Shown piece by piece: positions 48,326 to 56,470 of a stretch of 56,470 nt of DNA. Each line of letters begins with the position of its first letter. The stretch's first letter is position 1. A program made the translations under genes and the position numbers. Source of the stretch: an uncultured Bacteroidales bacterium (GTDB lineage: Bacteria > Bacteroidota > Bacteroidia > Bacteroidales > JALTDM01); assembly GCA_964421355.1 (NCBI GenBank), contig CAYQWX010000001.1, positions 1-56,470 of the forward strand, read 5' to 3'. The notes beneath the pieces were generated by a model. That model was not told the DNA's origin, did not search any database, and saw nothing but the letters and a program-made list of their open reading frames with translations.

Positions 48326-51300
48326 ATGAACAAAGACAAAAAATTATCAACAAATAATACTCATAAAATTCTTTATAAATTCTTAAAAAGTCAAAACTCC
48401 AATAGGGATATCTTTCATGATTTAATGCCTTTTAAAGTTAAAGAGATATTGCTTGTAGCAACTATGTATGATGCTTTTTCTATAGAGAGTGAAGGACAAT
48501 TTGTTGATAGGGTTTTCGGAGAATATCATAATTTGAATTTAATACATCTTCCTCGTATAACTGGTGTTACTACTGCAGACGAAGTAAAAGAAGAACTTAA
48601 CAAAAAAAAGTTTGATTTAGTTATAATAATTACAGGCTTAAACAAAGATTATCCTATCAAAATATCTAAACTTATAAGAAAAATAAATCCTTTAATGCCA
48701 ATATTTTTATTGCTTAACAATAATAAGGACATAGATTATTACAAAACTCACATCCATAAAAACATAATAGACCGCACATTTGTTTGGAATGGAGATTCCA
48801 GAATATTTTTTGCAATGGTAAAACTTCTGGAAGATACTACAAATGTAGAAAATGACATCAAAGTAGGTAAAGGAATAGTAAAAATCATATTGCTGGTAGA
48901 AGATAGTGAAAAATATTATTCTCGTTACTTACCACAATTATATCATTTGGTGCTGGAGCAAACACGCCGAATATTGTCTGAAAATAGCAATGATGAGCTG
49001 TATAAACTATTGAAAATGCGTTCCCGTCCAAGAATTTTAATGGCTACTAATTATGAAGAAGCTATGAAAGTGTTTACTATGTATAAAAAAGATTTATTAC
49101 TTCTTATTACTGATGTGGAATTTAATAAAGAAAATAAAATGAATAAAGAGGCAGGTTTCTTGTTGGCAAAAACTTTTAGAGAATATAATCCTGAATTACC
49201 GATAATTATACAGTCATCAAATGAAAATAATAGAAAAGAAGCAGAATCTATAAAAACATATTTCATTAATAAAAATAGTGAGACATTATTACATGATATA
49301 AGGATATTTATGCAAAATTATCTTGGGTTTGGTGATTTTATATTTAGAGACAAAAATGGTAATCCTATTACAACGGCTCATTCTTTTGAAGAATTTTTTG
49401 AGCTTCTTGAAGTTGTGCCTGAAGATAGTCTTTATTATCATGCATTGCACAATCATTTTTCACAGTGGCTTGTTGCTCAAGGAGAAATAGAACTTGGACA
49501 AATGTTATCAAAAATAAGTGTAACTCAATTTTCTTCAATGGAGGAACTAAGAGATTATTTAAAAGAAAAAATTTATGAATATCAAATAAGAGGTAAAAAA
49601 GGTAAACTTGTTCCTTTTACAAGAAGAGATTGGTTGGAAGAAAGTAATATTGCAAGTCTTGCTTCGGGAAATTTAGGGGGAAAGGGTAGAGGTCTTTTGT
49701 TTCTTAACACATTGGTATATAATTTTAACTTATCTCGTATTATAGAGGGAATAGATATACGCACTCCAAGAACAGCAATCATAGGAACAGATGAATTTGA
49801 CAAATTTCTTAAGGAAAACGGGCTTATAGAGAAAGTCTATTCTAGAAAATACTCTTATTCTGAAATAAAACAAATGTTCATAAACTCCTCGTTATCAAAT
49901 GAATTGATGCGGAAATTGGAAATAATTGTAGAAAATACATATAATCCAATTGCAGTACGTTCCTCAAGTCTGTTTGAAGATTCACTTATGCAGCCATTTG
50001 CAGGTGTATTTGAAACATATCTGGTGAGCAATAATTTACCTACTATAGAAACCAGAGTAAAACAATTATCCGATGCCATAAAACTTGTATATGCTTCTAT
50101 CTTTTCTCCTGAATCCATTAATTATATAGAAGCTATAAACTATAAAATAGAAGAAGAAAAAATGGCTGTAGTGCTACAAGAAGTAGTAGGACAAAAATTT
50201 GACAATTATTATTATCCTCATATAAGCGGAGTAGCCCAATCTTATAATTTTTATCCTATTTCACACATGCAACCTGAAGATGGTTTTGCGGTGATAGCGT
50301 TAGGACTTGGACAATATGTAGTAGAAGGGAAAAAGGCATTCCGTTTTTGCCCTAAGCATTCTCAAATAGATATTTTTTCAAAAGAAGAGTTACTTAAAAA
50401 CTCTCAAAGACAGTTTTATGCAGTAGATTTAAGCAATAAATCCGTTGATTTATTAAAAGGGGAAACTGCCAATTTAGCATTATTAGATATTTCTGAAGCA
50501 GAAAAACATGGCACGCTTAGACATTTGGTATCTGTATATGATTATGAGAATGATATGATGCGTCCAGGATTAGATTATCCGGGACCAAGAATATTAAATT
50601 TTGCTAACATACTAAAATATAACTACATACCATTGTCGGAAACATTATCTACTATACTTGACATAGTGAAAGAAGCTATGGGGTCGGCAGTAGAAATAGA
50701 ATTTGCAGTAGATCTCACCCGCAATAAAGAAGGTAAATCATCATTTTATTTATTGCAAATAAAACCATTGTTATCAAACGAAGAGGATTATAAAATAGAC
50801 TTAAATAAAATAAATTATGAAAAATTGATACTTTTATCTGACAAAAGTGTAGGAAACGGCATAATAAAAGGTATAAAAGATGTAATATTTGTTGATATAA
50901 ATAATTTTGATAAAACCATAACTGAAGAAATTGCACAAGAAATAGCTACTTTTAATACTTTGATGAAAAAAGAGGACAAAGACTATGTTCTTATAGGTCC
51001 TGGACGTTGGGGAACAAGAGACAAATTTATAGGGATACCTGTTGCGTGGTCCGATATATCCAAGGCAAAAGTAATCGTGGAAACAAGTTTGAGAGATTTT
51101 CCACTTGACCCATCTTTGGGGTCACACTTTTTCCATAATGTAATATCTATGAATGTGGGGTATTTTTCTGTAAATCAGCAAAGTGGAGATAGTTTTATAA
51201 AATGGGACAAGCTATACAATGCAAATATTATTCGCAAAGGGAAATATATAATACATGTACGTTTTGATAAAGATTTGATAATAAAAATGGATGGGAAAAA

Positions 51301-51328
51301 ACGAATATCTATAATAGAAGAGCAATAA
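48326..51328 (+). CDS. Receiver-like plus PEP/pyruvate-binding (PPDK_N ATP-grasp) domain protein
   Basis: ILLVEDS..LITDVEF..IIQSS..INK (REC); LGGKGRGL, AVRSSSLFED, MAVVLQEV, GLG..VV and EIEFA..LLQIKP. Start at 48326 after TACTTTTG at 48293-48300. Confidence 0.85.
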   Translation: MNKDKKLSTNNTHKILYKFLKSQNSNRDIFHDLMPFKVKEILLVATMYDAFSIESEGQFVDRVFGEYHNLNLIHLPRITGVTTADEVKEELNKKKFDLVIIITGLNKDYPIKISKLIRKINPLMPIFLLLNNNKDIDYYKTHIHKNIIDRTFVWNGDSRIFFAMVKLLEDTTNVENDIKVGKGIVKIILLVEDSEKYYSRYLPQLYHLVLEQTRRILSENSNDELYKLLKMRSRPRILMATNYEEAMKVFTMYKKDLLLLITDVEFNKENKMNKEAGFLLAKTFREYNPELPIIIQSSNENNRKEAESIKTYFINKNSETLLHDIRIFMQNYLGFGDFIFRDKNGNPITTAHSFEEFFELLEVVPEDSLYYHALHNHFSQWLVAQGEIELGQMLSKISVTQFSSMEELRDYLKEKIYEYQIRGKKGKLVPFTRRDWLEESNIASLASGNLGGKGRGLLFLNTLVYNFNLSRIIEGIDIRTPRTAIIGTDEFDKFLKENGLIEKVYSRKYSYSEIKQMFINSSLSNELMRKLEIIVENTYNPIAVRSSSLFEDSLMQPFAGVFETYLVSNNLPTIETRVKQLSDAIKLVYASIFSPESINYIEAINYKIEEEKMAVVLQEVVGQKFDNYYYPHISGVAQSYNFYPISHMQPEDGFAVIALGLGQYVVEGKKAFRFCPKHSQIDIFSKEELLKNSQRQFYAVDLSNKSVDLLKGETANLALLDISEAEKHGTLRHLVSVYDYENDMMRPGLDYPGPRILNFANILKYNYIPLSETLSTILDIVKEAMGSAVEIEFAVDLTRNKEGKSSFYLLQIKPLLSNEEDYKIDLNKINYEKLILLSDKSVGNGIIKGIKDVIFVDINNFDKTITEEIAQEIATFNTLMKKEDKDYVLIGPGRWGTRDKFIGIPVAWSDISKAKVIVETSLRDFPLDPSLGSHFFHNVISMNVGYFSVNQQSGDSFIKWDKLYNANIIRKGKYIIHVRFDKDLIIKMDGKKRISIIEEQ

Positions 51329-51333
51329 ATTCT

Positions 51334-52107
51334 TTATGTAATCTCATTTCGTTCATTTATATCTAATCCGAATAGGGAAAAATCATATTTTACGGGATCA
51401 TTTGCATCAAAAAGTCTTAATTTGGCAGTGACTTCTTCTACTGCTTTCCAATCATTTTGTTTTCGGGTAAGTAACCCTAGTGCACGTGCTGCATTTCCAC
51501 TATGCACATCAAGGGGAAGCATTAAATCATTTGTTGGAATTTCTTTCCATAAACCAAAATGAATACCTTCACTTCTTACCAGCCACATTAAAAACATATT
51601 TATGCGTTTAGCTGCTGAGCCACGTCCCACACAAGAAACATGCTTTGTTGCATGTGCAGGAATTTCTTCCAATGAAAAAAAAACTTTTCTAAAATATATT
51701 ATTGCAGATTTTACGGTATTATTTTTTTTATAGCCTTCTAAAAATATACTTTCCAATCCTCCTTTATATTTGTATATGTACTGTAAGGCTTTTAAAAAAT
51801 ATTGTAAATCAGATGAATTAAAAGTACGATGAACAAAATTATTGATAGAACTTATTTCTTTTCTAGATGCATTCAATATGAAATCATGAGGAGCATTTGA
51901 CATAATATTTATTATTCTCTTTGCATTATTTATTATCATTTTTCTATTTCCCCAAGCAATAGTAGCAGTGAGAAATCCTGCTATTTCAATATCTTCTTTT
52001 TTGTTAAACGAATAAGGTATTTGTATAGGGTCAGTTTCAATAAAAGAATAAGTATTATATTCATAATATTTTTGTTCTAATAAATCTTTTAATTTTTCAT
52101 TATTCAT
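51334..52107 (-). CDS. TIGR02757/DUF2400 family protein
   Basis: FIETDPI, AWGNRK, SAAKRINMFL.W.VR, PLDVH and DPVKYDFSLFG. Confidence 0.9.
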   Translation of the reverse strand: MNNEKLKDLLEQKYYEYNTYSFIETDPIQIPYSFNKKEDIEIAGFLTATIAWGNRKMIINNAKRIINIMSNAPHDFILNASRKEISSINNFVHRTFNSSDLQYFLKALQYIYKYKGGLESIFLEGYKKNNTVKSAIIYFRKVFFSLEEIPAHATKHVSCVGRGSAAKRINMFLMWLVRSEGIHFGLWKEIPTNDLMLPLDVHSGNAARALGLLTRKQNDWKAVEEVTAKLRLFDANDPVKYDFSLFGLDINERNEIT

Positions 52108-52202
52108 AATTCGTAATCATTGTAAATAATTCTGATGACAAAATAAATGATAAATAAGCAATAAAAAATTATAATGAAACCATTTCATTTGTAAAATTTT
52201 TT

Positions 52203-52210
52203 TATATTTG
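52203..52210 (+). promoter_or_regulatory. Bacteroidota -7 promoter element for cydAB (TATATTTG)
   Basis: Consensus match 22 bp upstream of cydA. Confidence 0.65.
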
Positions 52211-52232
52211 CAAAAACTAAAAAAATAATACT

Positions 52233-53588
52233 ATGAGTTTAGATACAGTAGTTCAATTGTCAAGGTGGCAGTTTGCAATTACAACTGTTTACCACTTTCT
52301 GTTTGTGCCTCTAACTCTCGGATTATCTATTTTTATTGCAATAATCGAGAGTAGATATGTGAAAACAGGAGATGAAAAGTACAAAAAAATGGCAAAATAT
52401 TGGGGTACATTGTTCCTGATTAACTTTGCCATTGGAGTAGCCACAGGTATTGTGCAAGAATTTCAATTTGGTCTCAACTGGGCAGGTTATTCCCGTTTTA
52501 TGGGAGATATTTTCGGAGCCCCGTTAGCTATTGAAGCTTTACTTGCGTTCTACCTAGAATCAACTCTATTGGGAGTTTGGATATTTGGTTGGGAAAAGTT
52601 ATCCAAAAAAATGCATGCTGCGGTGATGTGGCTTGTTGCAATAGGATCAAATTTATCTGCAATATGGATATTGATAGCCAACTCCTTTATGCAAGAACCA
52701 GTAGGATATAAAATGTCAGAAGATGGGTCTCATGTAGTAATGACTAACTTTGGTGAACTTATTACTAACCATAATTTTTTATATCAATGGCCTCATGTAT
52801 TATTTAGTGCACTTACCACAGCAGGATTTTTTGTACTCGGAATAAGTGCATATCATTTATTAAGAAATAAAAAATCAGACATATTTAGAACCTCTTTCAA
52901 AATGGCAGCAATATATGGATTTATAGGAATATTCTTTGCTGTATTGATAGGACACTTTCAAGGACAATATTTAGTAAAAGCACAACCAATGAAAATGGCT
53001 GCTGCCGAAGCTACTTGGGAAAATACATCTGACTTTTCTTTATTTGCTATACCAAATATGGCTGAAAAGAAAAACTATGCAGAAATAAAAATACCTGGTG
53101 GATTAGGATTTTTAGCTTATCACAAATGGGGAAAAGAAGTTGATGGAATAAATACTGAGCAAGAACGATATCAAAAAAAATATGGTGAAGGGGACTATAT
53201 ACCACATGTAGGACTTACTTATTGGAGTTTTAGAATTATGGTATATGCAGGTCTCATTATGCTATTAGTAGGTTTTTTAGCACTATTCAAAGGTTTTGTG
53301 GAAAAGAAATGGTTTCTCAAACTTGCTTTTTGGACATTATTTTTACCATTTATAGCCACTTCTTTTGGGTGGATAATGGCAGAAGTAGGAAGACAGCCAT
53401 TTATAGTTTACGGCTTATTAAAAGTAAAAGATGCAGCATCTCCTAACATTCAACCAAGTGATGTGTGGTTCTCTTTATTATCAATGGGAATATTATATGC
53501 GATCTTAATAGTAGTAGAAGTAGGATTAATGATTAAATATGCAAATAAAATTCCTGAAGAATCAAATGTTCAACCAGAAGTTGCATAA
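52233..53588 (+). CDS. cydA: Cytochrome bd quinol oxidase subunit I
   Basis: SRWQFA..YHFLFVPLT, QEFQFG.NW, QPMKMAAAE and EVGRQP. Confidence 0.96.
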   Translation: MSLDTVVQLSRWQFAITTVYHFLFVPLTLGLSIFIAIIESRYVKTGDEKYKKMAKYWGTLFLINFAIGVATGIVQEFQFGLNWAGYSRFMGDIFGAPLAIEALLAFYLESTLLGVWIFGWEKLSKKMHAAVMWLVAIGSNLSAIWILIANSFMQEPVGYKMSEDGSHVVMTNFGELITNHNFLYQWPHVLFSALTTAGFFVLGISAYHLLRNKKSDIFRTSFKMAAIYGFIGIFFAVLIGHFQGQYLVKAQPMKMAAAEATWENTSDFSLFAIPNMAEKKNYAEIKIPGGLGFLAYHKWGKEVDGINTEQERYQKKYGEGDYIPHVGLTYWSFRIMVYAGLIMLLVGFLALFKGFVEKKWFLKLAFWTLFLPFIATSFGWIMAEVGRQPFIVYGLLKVKDAASPNIQPSDVWFSLLSMGILYAILIVVEVGLMIKYANKIPEESNVQPEVA

Positions 53589-53624
53589 AAATATTTTATA
53601 TAAACATTAAAAAAATTGAAAATT

Positions 53625-54674
53625 ATGGAAGCAACATTTTTACAAATTTTATGGTTCATATTAGTAACCGTATTATTTATAGGGTTCTTCTTTCTTGAAG
53701 GATTTGACTATGGAGTAGGTATGCTTACTCCTTTTATCGGGAAAAATGATAGAGAAAGAAGAGTATTGATAAACACAATTGGTCCACACTGGGACGGTAA
53801 CGAAGTATGGCTACTTACAGCAGGTGGTGCCTCTTTTGCTGCATTCCCACATTTTTATGCAACATTGTTTAGTGGTTTCTATGTAGCTCTTGTACTTATG
53901 CTTTTAGCATTAATATCTCGGGCAGTAGTATTTGAGTATAGAAGTAAAAACGATGATTTAAAATGGCGTAAAACTTGGGATTGGGTATTTTTTATAGCAA
54001 GTTTCGTTATTGCTCTGCTGTGGGGAGTGGCAGTAGGAAATTTAATGAAAGGAGTAGAACTCACTCCTGATCCCAATTTTAATGGAGCGCCTTATGTGTA
54101 TCATCACGGTGGCTTATTTTCATTATTATCACCATTTACGATATTAAGTGGACTCGTATTTGTTTTCTTGTTTGCAATGCATGGAGCAAACTTTATAGCA
54201 TTAAAAACAGAAGGTGAGATATTAGAAAGAACAAAGAAAACAGCTTGGAATATATGGATTGTTGCACTTGTGCTTACAGTAATTTTTGTAGTATGGGCTT
54301 TTGCAGGGTTAGATACATTTCCGAATAGTGCATCAATAATCTCATATATAGCTGCTGCTATTGCTGCATTAGCATTGATATTTACCGGCTTATATATAAA
54401 GAAAGATGATTTCAAAAAAGCATTTTGGGCAGGTGGATTAACAATAATCTTTGCAACAATAATGGTTTTTGCAGGATTGTTCCCATATTTAATACCTGCT
54501 TCAAACGGATTGGAAAACAGTATTACAGTAACAAATGCTTCTTCAAGTGAATATACACTTACGGTAATGTCTATTGTTGCAGTATTATTAGTGCCGCTAG
54601 TATTATTCTATCAAATATGGTCTTATAAAGTATTTAAAGGTAGAATAAAAGTAGATGATGAGTTAGAATACTAA
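53625..54674 (+). CDS. cydB: Cytochrome bd quinol oxidase subunit II
   Basis: LEGFDYGVG, IGPHWDGNEVWL..AGG..FAAFP and NASSS.YTL. Confidence 0.96.
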   Translation: MEATFLQILWFILVTVLFIGFFFLEGFDYGVGMLTPFIGKNDRERRVLINTIGPHWDGNEVWLLTAGGASFAAFPHFYATLFSGFYVALVLMLLALISRAVVFEYRSKNDDLKWRKTWDWVFFIASFVIALLWGVAVGNLMKGVELTPDPNFNGAPYVYHHGGLFSLLSPFTILSGLVFVFLFAMHGANFIALKTEGEILERTKKTAWNIWIVALVLTVIFVVWAFAGLDTFPNSASIISYIAAAIAALALIFTGLYIKKDDFKKAFWAGGLTIIFATIMVFAGLFPYLIPASNGLENSITVTNASSSEYTLTVMSIVAVLLVPLVLFYQIWSYKVFKGRIKVDDELEY

Positions 54675-54691
54675 TAAATAGTAACGAAAAC

Positions 54692-54724
54692 AAAAAAGCG
54701 GGCACTTTATAAGCCCGCTTTTTT
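54692..54724. terminator. Bidirectional intrinsic terminator
   Basis: aaaaaagcgggc-actttataa-gcccgctttttt between convergent genes. Confidence 0.9.
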
Positions 54725-54743
54725 ATTATTTATTTACAGAACT

Positions 54744-55706
54744 TTATTTTTTTACAATTTTTTTAATTACTATCCTGTTTTCTGATTTTATTTTTACTAA
54801 ATATATCCCCTTTGGTAAATTCTTTATATTTACATAATCTATATTGTTGAGTTTTAATATATTTTTCCCAGATACATTATATATATTTATTTCATCTACT
54901 TTTTTATTAAACATTATAAAATTGGTAGCAGGATTAGGATATATTTTTATAGGATTTATTGCCATAGTACTAATTACACTAGTTTCTCCTGTGTATGTGA
55001 GATTATCCACACAAAAATATGCAGGGGTGTTCATGCCATATTGTCCTGTGTCAGAGCTGCTTAATGAAAATGCAATACTGTCTATACTTCCCAAAGAAGT
55101 TAAATCTACCCATGTCCAATCTTTTATTATGTAATCAAGGCTATTATCATCAAATCGGTAATCAGCCAAATAAAAATCTACACTACCCGTTAAATCACCT
55201 GCTTTATATCCAGTAATTGTAAGTTTAAACCAATCAGGATCATTACCGTCGTCTCCACCAAACTTCTTTGCATAAGCATCGCCGTCTCTCATACTTATAT
55301 AAGCATAAGTATTATTGGTTACATAAAAACCATTTACTGTTACTCCTTGCTCTCCTACATTGTTAAATTTAATATAATTACCTGCATTCCATGGACTAAC
55401 ATAACATAATGCAAACACATCGGAACTGTCAACACCGCTTCCTGCAATAGCACTGTATTGATTTAAATATCCGGCAGTTACCGTGTCATTGTGATTAGAA
55501 TAAGCAAAACCACTCCATGAACCATAAGTAGTATCATAATAGTTAACAAAAAATGCATTTTGAGCCGAGAAACCACCAGACAAGTCCGAACCATTCCAAA
55601 AACCGGTATCGGGCAATGGTAAATTTTCAAATGTTACTACTGTTTGGGAGTTTCCGATTAATCCGGCAAACAACCACATTGCTACAAAAAATACTTTTCT
55701 TTTCAT
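54744..55706 (-). CDS. DUF4465 domain protein with T9SS C-terminal domain
   Basis: WSGFAYSN, NQYSA, VTNNTYA, DWFKL, FYLADYR, W.WVDL and SSD.G.YGMNTPAYFC.D, followed by a YPNPA...GIYL CTD. Confidence 0.88.
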   Translation of the reverse strand: MKRKVFFVAMWLFAGLIGNSQTVVTFENLPLPDTGFWNGSDLSGGFSAQNAFFVNYYDTTYGSWSGFAYSNHNDTVTAGYLNQYSAIAGSGVDSSDVFALCYVSPWNAGNYIKFNNVGEQGVTVNGFYVTNNTYAYISMRDGDAYAKKFGGDDGNDPDWFKLTITGYKAGDLTGSVDFYLADYRFDDNSLDYIIKDWTWVDLTSLGSIDSIAFSLSSSDTGQYGMNTPAYFCVDNLTYTGETSVISTMAINPIKIYPNPATNFIMFNKKVDEINIYNVSGKNILKLNNIDYVNIKNLPKGIYLVKIKSENRIVIKKIVKK

Positions 55707-56470
55707 AATTTTTTATTTTTTGGGTTAAACATAAATTTTAAATCAATGGAATAATACCGCAATGGCATAGGCATAGACGGGATATATTCATACGCTACAT
55801 TAGTTATATTATTTATAACAAAAGAGGTAACAACTGCTATTTTTTTTAAAGCTAAAGTATAAGACAAGTTCAAATCATAGACATTAAATGATGGCAATGA
55901 AAAATAATTATCAAAAGAAGTATATCTCACCCCATAATAAGTATAATGTGTAGAAAAACTAAACTTTTTATCATACACAAAATTAATTTGTGCTACACTT
56001 TTATTTAAGGGAACATAGATAAGGTATTTACCATTATCATCTTTTGCATTTATATAATCGCAAGAGGCTAATAGTTTTATTTCCAATCTATTAAGTATGG
56101 TGAAAGAATGGTTAGCTATCACAGACAAAACGATTCTATGTGCATGTTCATAATTTATAGCTTGCCACAAAGTAGAATTATTAACAGGTTTCCATATTAT
56201 CTCGTTATATGTGTTGCTATGTGTAGCTAAAAATTTTAATTGGTTATTAAAAACTCCCAGTTCAAAACTCCACAGAGTAATTTCCTCAGGATTTAATGCA
56301 ACATTACCACCAGGATACCAATATAAATCGTTAAAAGTAGGCAATATAACATTATGTTCAAGACTAACTTTAGGGTGTACATACGGAATATTTTTCAAAA
56401 GTAATGTTGCCCTATAAGAAAAAGGATAAATATTTTTAATATCAGATAATAATCTTCCATTTATATTTAT
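55703..56470 (-). CDS. TonB-dependent receptor, C-terminal part (BtuB-like; partial, open to the window edge)
   Basis: Frame is open to 56470 by manual translation; PTFNDLYW..GGN..LNPE, LIYVP, INNITN..YE and PMPLR.Y. Confidence 0.8.
   Translation of the reverse strand: MNINGRLLSDIKNIYPFSYRATLLLKNIPYVHPKVSLEHNVILPTFNDLYWYPGGNVALNPEEITLWSFELGVFNNQLKFLATHSNTYNEIIWKPVNNSTLWQAINYEHAHRIVLSVIANHSFTILNRLEIKLLASCDYINAKDDNGKYLIYVPLNKSVAQINFVYDKKFSFSTHYTYYGVRYTSFDNYFSLPSFNVYDLNLSYTLALKKIAVVTSFVINNITNVAYEYIPSMPMPLRYYSIDLKFMFNPKNKKL

Overview
AT-rich (visually about 30% GC) chromosomal segment from a Bacteroidota bacterium, probably Bacteroidales-like. The assignment rests on TAnnTTTG promoter elements, near-absence of Shine-Dalgarno sites, T9SS C-terminal domains, the DUF4270-glmS and rpsA-STAS-rnz neighbourhoods, and a split atp operon. 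Most of the window is housekeeping and envelope genes (glmS, ispD, xseB, atpDC, lptC, ribF, rnz, rpsA, pepD, cydAB), a YtrA-type ABC/GntR operon, several lipoproteins and four T9SS substrates. The standout is a complete 13-gene Mrp/complex-I-like operon (17864-28776). It has the gene order and signature motifs of the archaeal membrane-bound sulfane-sulfur reductase (MBX/MBS): no NiFe site, a 3-Cys NuoB-like subunit and two antiporter-like pumps. Its last subunit is fused to a GltD/NfnL-like NADPH flavoprotein, and two of its genes retain strong SD sites, suggesting horizontal origin. Other notable items are a DUF4465-T9SS protein next to a BtuB-like receptor, a receiver/ATP-grasp hybrid protein, a truncated GT39 gene at an apparent strand-skew junction, and a repeat-expanded 1867-aa adhesin-like protein. 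No rRNA, tRNA, CRISPR array or transposase was recognised. All family assignments are by-eye motif recognition, not database searches.
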